Source: a virus. From it: a stretch of 64,000 bases of DNA. The notes beneath the pieces are model-generated. The model saw nothing but the letters and a program-made list of their open reading frames with translations. It made no database searches and was not told where the DNA came from. Positions within the stretch are counted from its first letter, which is position 1. Each line of letters opens with the position of its first letter. Made by a program: the position numbers and the translations under genes. Below are positions 33,969 through 43,692 of this stretch, piece after piece. Location: the IMG/VR virus record IMGVR_UViG_3300037420_001273. One strand, written 5' to 3'.

Positions 33969-33994
33969 GACGGGGGCTTCGGCCCCCGTCTCTT
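33969..33994 (+). terminator. GC-rich hairpin with UUCG tetraloop (terminator or mRNA stabiliser)
   Basis: gacgggggc-ttcg-gcccccgtc followed by tctt, directly after the stop at 33961. Confidence 0.5.
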
Positions 33995-34012
33995 AACCCC
34001 AAGGAGTCGTCG

Positions 34013-34384
34013 ATGAATTTCGTGATGATGCGCGATCGCACGATCGCGTCGGTGCACGGTCACGCCGTGGAGTTCAAGAAGGGCGTGGCAACGCACGTCC
34101 CGCCGGTGATGTACGACGAGGTCATGGCCGCGGGTGCGGTGCCGGAAGAAGAGTTGCCCGAGGAAGAGCCGAAGGCCAACGACGCCGAGCCGACCGACCC
34201 GAGCGAGCGCAAGGCGCTCGTCATGGCCGCGATCGAGCAAATCGCGCTGAAGAATTCGCGCGAGGACTTCACCGCCTCCGGCGCGCCGCACGGCAAGGCC
34301 CTGGCCGCCGTGCTCGGCTTCCGAGTCGACAACAAGGAGCGCGATCTCCTGTGGGCTGAATTCCAGAAGAAGGGCCAGGAGTGA
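34013..34384 (+). CDS. Hypothetical protein
   Basis: 123-aa ORF with AAGGAG upstream. Confidence 0.6.
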   Translation: MNFVMMRDRTIASVHGHAVEFKKGVATHVPPVMYDEVMAAGAVPEEELPEEEPKANDAEPTDPSERKALVMAAIEQIALKNSREDFTASGAPHGKALAAVLGFRVDNKERDLLWAEFQKKGQE

Positions 34385-35034
34385 GCCCCGCAGACCTCCT
34401 CGACCTGTTCCGCTCGGAGATGTCCGACTGGGCGGAGCCGTTCCTCTGGAGCGACGAGGAGGTCTACGGCTACATCGATGACGCGCAGAAGATGTTCTGC
34501 CGTCTGACCGACGGGATCTCCGACGCGACGACCGAGGAGGTCACGCAGCTGCAGGTCGACATCGGCACGACCTGGCTGGACACGCACCCGTCGATCCTGA
34601 AGATCCGCGACTGCTACCGCACCGACACCGGCCGCGGCGTCGACGTGATCAACCGCGAGGACATGGCCACGCGGCGCATGTTCTTCGACGGCGTGCCTGG
34701 CGTGCTGCGCGCGCTCGTCATCGGCATGGAGGCCGACAAGGCGCGTGTGTACCCGGACTCGAGCGAAGCCGTGACGCTGCAGCTGACGGTGTTCCGTCTT
34801 CCGCTCGCCGACGTCACCGAGTCTTCGCAGACCTTCGAAATCGCACCTGAGCATCACCGGCACCTGCTGGGCTGGGTCAAGCACCTGGCGTACGACAAGC
34901 AGGACGCCGAGACCCAGGACAAGAAGAAGTCGGCTGAGTTCGAGGCGGCGTTCCGCCGCTACTGCACTCAGTCTACGGATGAAGAGCGGCGCAAGCGTCA
35001 CAAACCCCGCGCCGTGGCCTACGGCGGTCTATGA
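34381..35034 (+). CDS. Putative head completion / adaptor protein
   Basis: 217 aa with GTGA coupling. The function is inferred from its position after the capsid genes. Confidence 0.55.
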   Translation: MSPADLLDLFRSEMSDWAEPFLWSDEEVYGYIDDAQKMFCRLTDGISDATTEEVTQLQVDIGTTWLDTHPSILKIRDCYRTDTGRGVDVINREDMATRRMFFDGVPGVLRALVIGMEADKARVYPDSSEAVTLQLTVFRLPLADVTESSQTFEIAPEHHRHLLGWVKHLAYDKQDAETQDKKKSAEFEAAFRRYCTQSTDEERRKRHKPRAVAYGGL

Positions 35035-35453
35035 GGACGGAAATGGCAGCAGAAACCGCCGGCGCTGGAACCGCAGCAGCGATCAAGTACATCGGCCTCC
35101 CCGCGATCGCCGGCGCGATGTCCGCCGGCCTGGGCTTCGCCGTGTTGTGGCCGAAGACAGCCAAGGAAGCCGCTGCGCGCTTCACGACTGCGATCCTCTC
35201 GAGCTGCCTGTTTGGCCCATTCGCGATCGCGTCGCTGCACGCGAAGTGGCCTGAGCTCTTCGCCTCAGCTGCGCAGATGGCTGTGCAGTCCGACATGCCG
35301 CCGCTGGTGGGCTGGGTCGCCGTCGTGGCACCGCTGCTCGTGCTGTGCGGCCTGCCCGCCTGGTGGGTGCTCGGCTGGGTGATGCGCGCGCTCGACAAAC
35401 GCAAGGACAAGGACCTCGGCGAGATCGTCGACGAGGTGAAAGGGAAGCTCTAA
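35031..35453 (+). CDS. Membrane protein, holin-like topology
   Basis: 140 aa. It has three hydrophobic segments and a charged C-terminus, RALDKRKDKDLGEIVDEVKGKL. It is not adjacent to the endolysin gene. Confidence 0.55.
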   Translation: MRTEMAAETAGAGTAAAIKYIGLPAIAGAMSAGLGFAVLWPKTAKEAAARFTTAILSSCLFGPFAIASLHAKWPELFASAAQMAVQSDMPPLVGWVAVVAPLLVLCGLPAWWVLGWVMRALDKRKDKDLGEIVDEVKGKL

Positions 35454-36053
35454 GTGGCCACTCGCGAAGATCTGGTCATCGAGCAGGGTCGCACCTTCCA
35501 CACGGTCGTCCGCTGGGAGGTCGAGCCGCTGGTGTACCGGCCCATCACCGCGATCGCACAGAGTGCGCCGGCGCGCTTAACGGTGCCCGCGCACGGTGTC
35601 GTCGATGGCTGGCGCGTGGCCGTGGTCGACGCGAAGGGCATGACCGAGCTGAACGCCCGCAAGAACCCTCCAGCGCTGTCCGACTTCCACCGCGTGAACG
35701 CCGTCGACTCGAACACGCTCGACCTGCGCAGCGTGAGCTCAGCCAGCTTCAAGCCCTACCGCTCTGGCGGTTACATCGCGTACTACACACCGGCTGACCT
35801 GACCAGCTACACGGCGCGCATGACGATCAAGAACAAGATCGGCGGCACCGTGTACACGCAGCTCTCTACGACCGGCGGGACCATCGTGCTCGATCCGACC
35901 CTGCGCACGATCACGCTGTCGCTGACTGCTGAGACCACCGCCGCGCTGACCTTCACGAAGGGTGTTTACGACCTGGAGATGGTGTCGCCCACCGACGTCG
36001 TGACAGCGATCCTGTACGGCTCTGTTTCCTTGACCAAAGAGGTGACCACGTGA
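35454..36053 (+). CDS. Virion structural protein candidate
   Basis: 199 aa with a GTG start. It is beta-rich. Confidence 0.6.
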   Translation: MATREDLVIEQGRTFHTVVRWEVEPLVYRPITAIAQSAPARLTVPAHGVVDGWRVAVVDAKGMTELNARKNPPALSDFHRVNAVDSNTLDLRSVSSASFKPYRSGGYIAYYTPADLTSYTARMTIKNKIGGTVYTQLSTTGGTIVLDPTLRTITLSLTAETTAALTFTKGVYDLEMVSPTDVVTAILYGSVSLTKEVTT

Positions 36054-36256
36054 GCGACCTGATCTACACCACCAAAGGCGATTTGCCGATCGACTCGCTC
36101 GTCAAGACCGAGACCGTTGTCGACAACGACAACGAGTACACGGTCGCGACGGAATATCGGCTCAAAGACGACCCGACCGGCGAGGTGGTGCGCCGAGACG
36201 TTCACGTGACGCTGAAGCAGGGGCCCGTCCTGTTCGGCGAGCAAGCCACCCTCTGA
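36050..36256 (+). CDS. Hypothetical small protein
   Basis: 68 aa with GTGA coupling. Confidence 0.5.
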   Translation: MSDLIYTTKGDLPIDSLVKTETVVDNDNEYTVATEYRLKDDPTGEVVRRDVHVTLKQGPVLFGEQATL

Positions 36257-36266
36257 AGGAGCCACC

Positions 36267-36722
36267 ATGGCCAATTCTCAAGCTATCTGCACCTCCTTCA
36301 AGGGGGAAATCCTGTCGGGCGTTCATGCGCTCGGCACCACTGTCACGCGCGGCGGCACGACTGCTGACACGGTCAAAGCGGCGCTGTACCTGGCGACCGG
36401 CTCGATCGGCGCTGCCACCACGGCGTACTCGGCGACCAACGAGGTCTCGGGCACCAACTACACCGCCGGCGGCGTGACCGTCACCAACGGCACCGCGCCG
36501 TCGACCTCGGGTACCACGGCGATCTGGACGCCCAGTGCGTCGATCACGTACACGAACGTAACGCTGTCGACGTCGTTCGACTGCGTGCTGCTCTACAACA
36601 GCACCCAATCGAACAAGGCGATCGCCGCGTACATCTTCGGCGCGCAGACGATCACCGCCGGCACCCTGACGCTCACGATGCCCACGAACGACGCCTCGAA
36701 CGCGCTGCTCCGTATCGCGTAA
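36267..36722 (+). CDS. Virion structural protein candidate (about 150-aa family, copy 1)
   Basis: 151 aa with GGAG upstream. It shares size and pattern with the ORFs at 46026-46523 and 46559-47002. Confidence 0.65.
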   Translation: MANSQAICTSFKGEILSGVHALGTTVTRGGTTADTVKAALYLATGSIGAATTAYSATNEVSGTNYTAGGVTVTNGTAPSTSGTTAIWTPSASITYTNVTLSTSFDCVLLYNSTQSNKAIAAYIFGAQTITAGTLTLTMPTNDASNALLRIA

Positions 36723-36758
36723 TCGAACCTCGAACGACGATCGAAGGAGGTGCCTTAG

Positions 36759-37067
36759 ATGGCTACCAAACTGAGCGACAGCCAGTCCGTCAGCGCGACC
36801 GGCACGTCGAACATTGCTTTCGCAGCGGAGCCCCTCGGCGGCTTCACCGCGCAAGCTTCGCTGGGCACGGCCACGTCGGCGACCGTGAAGGTGCAGGTGC
36901 GCGTCAACTCGACCAACTGGGTCGATGCCGCCATCTTCAGCCTGAGCTCGGGTGGCACGACCACTGACCTGGTCAACGTCTGGCCTCCGTACAACCAAGC
37001 ACGCTGGAACGTGACCGCCGTCGCCGGCGGCACGCTGCTGCTCGACGCCGTCGGCGTGGGGGTCTGA
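36759..37067 (+). CDS. Hypothetical structural protein
   Basis: 102 aa with GAAGGAGG upstream. Confidence 0.6.
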   Translation: MATKLSDSQSVSATGTSNIAFAAEPLGGFTAQASLGTATSATVKVQVRVNSTNWVDAAIFSLSSGGTTTDLVNVWPPYNQARWNVTAVAGGTLLLDAVGVGV

Positions 37068-37068
37068 C

Positions 37069-37995
37069 ATGCCTGTTCAGAACTACCGCGTCACGTCCGG
37101 CGTGCCGATGCCTTGGGCCGAGATCGTCGGCGGCGGTGGACTGGATGTCACCGGCGTCACGTACAACACCAATGGCACCGTTGCCACGTATACCGCCAAC
37201 GGCCGCACGTGGACGTTGAGCTACCTGAGCGACGGTCGCCCCGACACCGAGACGTCTAGCGGCTTCACCCGTCAGTACACGTACGACGCTTCCGGCAACT
37301 TCACCGGCGTGTCGGGCGCCGGGGTCGCGACGAACCAGACCAACAGCGGCACCTTGGCGAACCGACCAAGCAGCGCACTCGCCGGCGACCGGTATTTCTG
37401 CACCGACGTCGGCCCGCACGGCGTGATGACCGAGTACAAGGCATCCGGCTACTGGGGCCCGGCTGGTACGCAGTTGTTGGAGTCCTTGCTCGGCACCACC
37501 TCGTCGCCGGTGTCGAACACGCTCACCAACGCGAATACCACGTCAACGTTGTTCAAGGCGCCAGATGGCACGACGCAGCTGATCCGTACGATCCCGGCGA
37601 ACCTGCTGACGCTCGGCAAGTCGCGCCTGCGCATCCACGTGCGCCCGAAGCGCACGCAGACCAGCGGCACGAACTCGATCACCGTCTACATGAAGCTCGG
37701 CACTGCCGGCACGACGTCCGACGGCAGCATCAGCAGTAACAGCGTAGGCGCAACCGACGGGATCTCGGCGCACCTGATGTACGACCTGATGCTGACCAAC
37801 CTGTCAGGCAAGGTCGAGTCGTACGGCAACCTGGGCCCCAACGCCACCGCCACGACCGCCGGCGAGATCTCGGGCACTATCACGTTCACGCCGGCGAACG
37901 CGTGGATCATCTCGATCGGAATCACCGGTGTGAACGCGGCCGACACCGGCACGACCATATACCTTACCGACGTCGCGGTCGAATGGTTGGCGTGA
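37069..37995 (+). CDS. Tail-associated protein candidate
   Basis: 308-aa ORF in the tail region. Confidence 0.65.
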   Translation: MPVQNYRVTSGVPMPWAEIVGGGGLDVTGVTYNTNGTVATYTANGRTWTLSYLSDGRPDTETSSGFTRQYTYDASGNFTGVSGAGVATNQTNSGTLANRPSSALAGDRYFCTDVGPHGVMTEYKASGYWGPAGTQLLESLLGTTSSPVSNTLTNANTTSTLFKAPDGTTQLIRTIPANLLTLGKSRLRIHVRPKRTQTSGTNSITVYMKLGTAGTTSDGSISSNSVGATDGISAHLMYDLMLTNLSGKVESYGNLGPNATATTAGEISGTITFTPANAWIISIGITGVNAADTGTTIYLTDVAVEWLA

Positions 37996-38007
37996 AGGGA
38001 CACTCTT

Positions 38008-39663
38008 ATGTCCCTTCTGCCGATGTATCAATCGCGGTATCACAAGCCATCCACGACGGCGGCGATCTTTCGCGGCCCTCGTGTAGCGGCGATTGACTAC
38101 ACCGCGACTGTCGACACGGTGCGCCGTGACCTGACGGCGAAGTTCGACATCGTCCTGCGCAACGGCAGCAGCATCGCGAGCAACTTCACCTCGCTGGGCG
38201 CCTACACCGCCTTCATCCAGGGCGTGAAGGCGATCAACCCGACGATCAAGTGGCTGAACTACGTCATCGTCAACCAGTGGAACACGTCGAACGGTGCGTG
38301 GAGCGCGCTGGCGAACGATCTCAACGCGACGGGCGGTAAGGGCGGCCTTGATGGGAAGCCTTGGTGGGTTTTCGACGCCGGCACGAGCACGCAGCTTTTG
38401 CTCGACGGCTCGCCGATGGTCAACCTCACCACGGCGGTCGCCGCCGACTCGAATGGCGACCGCTGGCCCCAGGTGTGCGGCAAGTGGTGGATCAACACGA
38501 TGTATTCGGGCGCGCTGGGCGCGGCCCTGGGCATGGACGGCGTGTGGACCGATAACACGTTCTACGCCCCGCGCAAGAGCAACGACGCGAATCTGAAGAT
38601 CGGCGACATCAACCTTGACGGTGTCAACGAAACAATCGGCGGTGATGGCCGCGCGTCGAGCTCCACCATCCGAGCCGCCTACCGCACCGGTGTCCAGGCG
38701 TTCTGGACGCAGATGTCATCGCTGCACTCCGGGCTGAAGATCGGCGGCAACAGCGATTACGACGCGAGCGCGCAGAAGGCGTCGGTCGACACCACCGAAC
38801 TCACCGGCCGCTGCGACTATCCCTTCCTGGAGTCGTGCACCGGCAAGAGCTTCTCGACTGAGAACAGCGCCGGCTTCAGCGGCTGGATGACCTGGTACGC
38901 GTCGGCCGAGAACGGCTGCAAGGCCGGCGGTAGCGTGTGGGTGCATGCCTCGGCGGATTCGGTGACCAACGCCAGCCGCGCCTATCGGATCGCGCGCTAC
39001 ATCCTCGCAGTCGCGCACTTGCGTAACGGCTACGCGTGCGTGGCCGACAATCCGAGCGGCGGCTCCAACCAGCCCATCTGGTACAGCGATTTCGACCCGC
39101 TTGTCGCGAACATCGGCACGGCCGTCGATCCGGTGCAGACCGCGGCTTGGTCGAGCAACGTGTGGCGCCGGCGTTATCAGAACGGCGCCGTCTTCGTGGT
39201 CCCGACGGACACCCATGGCGGCTACTTCCGCCTCGGTGGCCTGTCGCTGATCCGCACCGCCAACGTAGTCACGCTTTCCGGCTCTGGGCTGACGGGGCAC
39301 GGCGCCGTGGCCGGCGACCTCATCCGCTGGGAGATGGACGGCGTCACGCCAGCTGACGGCAGCTTCAAGGGCTGCTTCGCGATCACCGCCGTCACGGCGA
39401 CCTCGATCTCATGGGCACAGACAGGCGCCGCCGACACCTCTTCGCTGACGGGCGTCGAGATGGGCTGGTGGGCGCTGCAGACGACGATCGACCTGACTGG
39501 TCAGGGCTATAAGCGCATCCTCACCACGAGCGACGCGCACAACAACTACGACGGCACGCTCGTCAGCGGCTCGGCGCCGGTCTATACGTCGCAGAACGAC
39601 GGCACAGCCTGCGGCCTGGTCAAGTTGTGGGCCGGCGACGGACTAGTGGTGGTAGCAGCATGA
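38008..39663 (+). CDS. Tail enzyme candidate, glycoside-hydrolase-like
   Basis: 551 aa. The pattern around DGVWTDN, GWMTWY and neighbouring aromatic or acidic residues resembles TIM-barrel glycosidase-like families (weak, from memory). Confidence 0.6.
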   Translation: MSLLPMYQSRYHKPSTTAAIFRGPRVAAIDYTATVDTVRRDLTAKFDIVLRNGSSIASNFTSLGAYTAFIQGVKAINPTIKWLNYVIVNQWNTSNGAWSALANDLNATGGKGGLDGKPWWVFDAGTSTQLLLDGSPMVNLTTAVAADSNGDRWPQVCGKWWINTMYSGALGAALGMDGVWTDNTFYAPRKSNDANLKIGDINLDGVNETIGGDGRASSSTIRAAYRTGVQAFWTQMSSLHSGLKIGGNSDYDASAQKASVDTTELTGRCDYPFLESCTGKSFSTENSAGFSGWMTWYASAENGCKAGGSVWVHASADSVTNASRAYRIARYILAVAHLRNGYACVADNPSGGSNQPIWYSDFDPLVANIGTAVDPVQTAAWSSNVWRRRYQNGAVFVVPTDTHGGYFRLGGLSLIRTANVVTLSGSGLTGHGAVAGDLIRWEMDGVTPADGSFKGCFAITAVTATSISWAQTGAADTSSLTGVEMGWWALQTTIDLTGQGYKRILTTSDAHNNYDGTLVSGSAPVYTSQNDGTACGLVKLWAGDGLVVVAA

Positions 39664-40135
39664 GCCCCGCAGCCAGCAGCATCCATTGCTCCGGCTCCGG
39701 CACTGAGGAGACGACGACGTGAACCTCAGCCGGCGTGGTCGTCCACCACACTTCGGAGTTGGGCCCGCCGTCCATCGAGGCGATGTTCAAGCCCATCCAC
39801 AGACTCAGCCCTTCCTCGGGGCTGGTGAACGCCATGAAATCGAGCAGCTGATTGGTTGCAACGCGGTAGTCCAAGCGCGCCACAACGCTGGCCTGCGTGT
39901 TGCCGAAGACCGGCATCCACGAGGCGGCATGCAGGCATTCGTTTGGAGTTACGACGCCGTCGCCGTTCATGTCGTCGACCGTCAGCAAGGCTTGCAGCGC
40001 GAACGGCTTGATCATCCACGAGATGTTCTGCGGCAGTTCGTTGTCGAGTCCGCTGACAGTGATCGACAAGTCGAAGGGCTGAGCGTGGGCGCAACAGATC
40101 CCCGCGGCGAGCACCGTCCCGACGAGCAGCTTCAT
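39620..40135 (-). CDS. Secreted PEP-CTERM protein (moron, opposite strand)
   Basis: Signal peptide MKLLVGTVLAAGICCAHA-QP. EF-hand/dockerin-like DDMNGDGVVTPNE. C-terminal VPEPEQWMLLAAGLMLLPPLVRRR, which is PEP plus a TM helix plus an Arg cluster. Third positions are strongly G/C and GGAGA lies upstream. Confidence 0.8.
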   Translation of the reverse strand: MKLLVGTVLAAGICCAHAQPFDLSITVSGLDNELPQNISWMIKPFALQALLTVDDMNGDGVVTPNECLHAASWMPVFGNTQASVVARLDYRVATNQLLDFMAFTSPEEGLSLWMGLNIASMDGGPNSEVWWTTTPAEVHVVVSSVPEPEQWMLLAAGLMLLPPLVRRRPTT

Positions 40136-40213
40136 GTCCGTCTCCGTTGTTATGCCCGAGACGATACGCAGCAGACGCTGTACCTGAATCCCACGAATGA
40201 GGGATGACGCCCC

Positions 40214-41377
40214 ATGTCGAACAACACCACTCTGAACCTCGGCTCCGGCGGCGACGTAGTTCGCACGTTAGATCGTCAGTCGAACGGCACGAAGACGCAG
40301 GTCGTACAGCTGGACGTCGGGGGTGCGTCCACCAACGCCGAAGCGCTCCTGACCGGCGGGCAGCAGACGATGGCGAACTCGTTGCCCGTCGTCATCGCAT
40401 CTAATCAGTCCGGCGTCGCAACCCTGACGCAAGACGCGACCGGCACCGGCATCACGTCGCTGGCTGATGGCGCCGGCGCGGTGGGCTTGATGTCGTCGAT
40501 GTGCGCGACGAACTACGTCGTCTCGACCGCCAACAGCACGACCACGCAGCTGGCCGCGAGCGCGACGTTCAACGGCACGATCGAGACGGTGTTCAACCAG
40601 CAGGCAGTGTCGATCCTGCTGACGTGCGACCAGAACTGCACGCTGACCGTCAACCAGTACATCGACTCCGGCGGCACGCGCGTCAGCAGCACGTGGACTT
40701 TCAGCGTCACGGCGGGCTCGCCCTTCAGCCGCTGCCTGGTGGCCAACGGCAACTACATCAAGTTCTCGCTGCAGAACAATGGCGGCTCGACGACGACCAC
40801 GCTGAACCTGAACGTCGCCTACGGCACGCTGCCGAACTCGACGCAGCTGGGCAACAACAGCACGGCGATCAACGAGATCGGCGGCACGCAGGTATCGACG
40901 CCGTACTTGCCGGTGTTCAAGACGAACACCAGCCGCACGTTCGTTCACCTCTGGGCCGTGGCTGCGGCAGCCGGCACGACCGGCACCGAGACCGCGATCA
41001 CGCTGACGCGCTCCGGCGCGGCCGGCGCGTCGACGACCACCGGTACCAGCTTCACGCCGACCAGCGGCAAGCGCTTTCGCATCACGTCGATGTCGTTCGC
41101 CACGCGCGGCAACGCGACTGCGACCGTGCAGACCACGACGTTCGCGCTGCGCGTGAACACCGCCGGCGCTGTCACTACGACTTCGAACATCTGGTTCTCG
41201 GCGCGCTCAGCGACGCCGGCCACGGCCAGCGCCTGGGACCGCTACGCACTCAACTTCGGCGACGACGGGCCTGAGCTGGTCGGTGACGGCACGCTGCAGT
41301 ACGGCGTGACGGCGGCGGCGACGTACACAACCAACGCGCCGACGTGGGACGTCGAAATCACCGGCTACGAGTTCTGA
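40214..41377 (+). CDS. Virion structural protein (receptor-binding candidate)
   Basis: 387 aa, S/T/N-rich and beta-type in composition. Confidence 0.7.
   Translation: MSNNTTLNLGSGGDVVRTLDRQSNGTKTQVVQLDVGGASTNAEALLTGGQQTMANSLPVVIASNQSGVATLTQDATGTGITSLADGAGAVGLMSSMCATNYVVSTANSTTTQLAASATFNGTIETVFNQQAVSILLTCDQNCTLTVNQYIDSGGTRVSSTWTFSVTAGSPFSRCLVANGNYIKFSLQNNGGSTTTTLNLNVAYGTLPNSTQLGNNSTAINEIGGTQVSTPYLPVFKTNTSRTFVHLWAVAAAAGTTGTETAITLTRSGAAGASTTTGTSFTPTSGKRFRITSMSFATRGNATATVQTTTFALRVNTAGAVTTTSNIWFSARSATPATASAWDRYALNFGDDGPELVGDGTLQYGVTAAATYTTNAPTWDVEITGYEF
40267..40287. promoter_or_regulatory. Dispersed motif instance inside coding sequence
   Basis: gttagatcgtcagtcgaacgg, within codons 18-25 of the gene at 40214-41377. 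Confidence 0.4.
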
Positions 41378-41397
41378 TCTAACGTCTAACGAAGATC
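41371..41397. promoter_or_regulatory. Dispersed motif instance
   Basis: gttctgatctaacgtctaacgaagatc, abutting the GTG at 41398. Confidence 0.55.
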
Positions 41398-43692
41398 GTG
41401 CTGCTGTTCCATCAGAACCTGCTGAACGGCAATCGCTACGTGAATCATCACGTGGCGGGCACGTGGCTGCCCGGACTGCGCGAACGCGCGCAGATCATGT
41501 TCTTCAGCGCGAACCAGGCGAGCGCGGCGCTCACTGGGTCGAGCGCCACTACGACCGCCGGAACTGCTGCGCCCACGATCTCAGTCGCGCTTACCGGTAC
41601 GACGGCCTCCACTGGCCAGGGCTCGTTCCCGCTCGTCTATGGCATCGGTACCCGTGTGGTCAATCCGCACGTGGCCGGGCGCTGGGTACCTGATGTCGCG
41701 GAGCGCGCGAAGCTGCTCCTGTTCTCGGCCACCCTGAGCAACGTTGCGCTCGCTGGCTCGAGTGCTACCGCCTCCGCGGGGTCCGCCACGGCGGCAATCA
41801 GCACGGCTCTGACTGGCGTCGGTGCAACCTCAGCAGTCGGCGCGATCACGTCGTCGTCGACTGTCGCCCTGACCGGCTCCGCGTCGACGGCCTCCGCGGG
41901 CACGATGGCGCCGACGCACACGGCTGCGCTGTCCGGGAGCGCCGCCACTGGCGCCCAAGGCAGCGTGTCGGCCAGCGGCAGCGGCTCAGCCTCGCTCAGC
42001 GGCTCGGCTGCTACGGCCTCCACCGGTACGCCGGCGGTGACGCACACCGTGGCCCTGACGGGCGCTTCAGCCACGTCTGCGCAAGGCTCCGTCATCCCCG
42101 GGCTGCAGCTCACCGGTGCCCAGGCAACCGGCGCTGCGGGCACGCTCGGCGTCGCCGCTGCGATCCCGCTCACCGGCGCCTCGAACACTGCTGCGGCGGG
42201 CGCGCTGTCCGCCGGCGTGACGCTCGCGCTGAACGGGCAGGGCGCCGTGATCGCTCAGGGCCAGTTCTCGGCGGTGTTCGATGCCTATGGCGCACGGGCG
42301 GTCAACCGCCACGTTGCGGGCACCTGGTCGCCGGTGATGCACCAGCGAGCCGTGGTGATGATGACCGGCGGCTCCCTGGTCGGTCAGCAGGCGAGTGCAG
42401 CCGCCGGGGCGATGACGACTTCGCGCACGATCGCGCTCACCGGCGCCGCCGCTACGGCGCAGGCTGGGGCGCTCTCGGCGAACCAACCTGCCGGCGTCAA
42501 CCCAACCGTCACCGGCTGGTGGACCGGCGCTGTCGTCAAGCGTTTCTCGTTGCTGGCGCCCGGCATCGAGCTGATCGGTGTGTCGGCCGCGGCGTCCACC
42601 GGTGTTCTCTCGCCTGTGCGCAGCATCGCGCTCACCGGCTCGATTGCCACGGCCGCAGCTGGTTCGCTCGCCGCGACGATCCGCGTGGCGCCGAGCGGTT
42701 TGTCCGCTACGGGCGCACAGGGTTCTGTTGGGCCGGCTCAGCCTCTGGTCGGCAGCAGCCTGACTGGCGCCACAGGTACGCTGAACCTCGTCAACTCGCC
42801 TGCGCTGAGCAACGCGCTCGCCAGCACCTCCGCCGGCAACCTCGGCGAGCTGGTGTCTGCATTCGCGCTCACCGGTGGCTCTGCTACGTCGCTCACCGGT
42901 ACTGCCGCGCCGGCTATCACGATCGCGCTCACCGGCGCCGCCGCTACGGCCGCCGGCGGTACGCTGTCTGCATCCAAATCCCTCAACGGCGCTGCCGCCA
43001 CGGCTGCGGCCGGCACGCTCGGCGTGACGACCAGCATCGCGCTGACCGGCTCGGCTGCTGCGGGCGCGCAGGGCTCGGTTGGTACGAGCTTCGCCGGCAA
43101 CGTGAGCCTGACCGGCTCTGCTGCGACGGCCGCGGCTGGCGTTCCTGGCGTCTCAGTCACGATCGCGCTGTCTGGCGCCGGTGCAGCCGCCGCGGTGGGC
43201 TCCGTCGGCCAGTCGCGCGCTGTCAGCACCAGCGGCGCGGCGGCCTCGAGCGTCGCAGGCAGCGTCGCTGCGGTCATCGCGAAGGCGCTCGCCGGCGCGC
43301 AGGCTGCGATGCAGGCCGGTGCCGTCAATATCCAGGGCGACTCCACGATCGCGCTCACTGGTACCGGCGCAGCGGCTGCGCAAGGGTCTCTCAGCTCGAG
43401 CTTCGCGGTCGGCGTTACCGGCGCGCAACTGGTCGCGGCGCAGGGCGCTGTCGACAAGGTGCTCGGCGCCGCGCTGTACGGCGCGTCCTTGAGCGCTCAG
43501 GCGGGTACCTTCATCGTCACCGGCGGCGTCATCGGCAGCGACGGCGGCGTGACCTCGCCCATCTACGCCCGCACGTTCATTGACCAGCGCACCGCCCAGA
43601 CGTTTATCGACGATCGCTTCGCTCACACCACAGACGGCGATACGAGTGCATCGACGTCTGACTCTGACATCGCTGCTTACACCCGGGAGTGA
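41398..43692 (+). CDS. Ala/Gly/Ser/Thr-rich repeat fibre-like protein
   Basis: 764 aa with a GTG start. It contains about 28 copies of a roughly 20-aa ALTG-x-x-AT-x-x-x-G unit, punctuated by four VN-x-HVAG-x-W-x-P ... RA units. Confidence 0.7.
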   Translation: MLLFHQNLLNGNRYVNHHVAGTWLPGLRERAQIMFFSANQASAALTGSSATTTAGTAAPTISVALTGTTASTGQGSFPLVYGIGTRVVNPHVAGRWVPDVAERAKLLLFSATLSNVALAGSSATASAGSATAAISTALTGVGATSAVGAITSSSTVALTGSASTASAGTMAPTHTAALSGSAATGAQGSVSASGSGSASLSGSAATASTGTPAVTHTVALTGASATSAQGSVIPGLQLTGAQATGAAGTLGVAAAIPLTGASNTAAAGALSAGVTLALNGQGAVIAQGQFSAVFDAYGARAVNRHVAGTWSPVMHQRAVVMMTGGSLVGQQASAAAGAMTTSRTIALTGAAATAQAGALSANQPAGVNPTVTGWWTGAVVKRFSLLAPGIELIGVSAAASTGVLSPVRSIALTGSIATAAAGSLAATIRVAPSGLSATGAQGSVGPAQPLVGSSLTGATGTLNLVNSPALSNALASTSAGNLGELVSAFALTGGSATSLTGTAAPAITIALTGAAATAAGGTLSASKSLNGAAATAAAGTLGVTTSIALTGSAAAGAQGSVGTSFAGNVSLTGSAATAAAGVPGVSVTIALSGAGAAAAVGSVGQSRAVSTSGAAASSVAGSVAAVIAKALAGAQAAMQAGAVNIQGDSTIALTGTGAAAAQGSLSSSFAVGVTGAQLVAAQGAVDKVLGAALYGASLSAQAGTFIVTGGVIGSDGGVTSPIYARTFIDQRTAQTFIDDRFAHTTDGDTSASTSDSDIAAYTRE

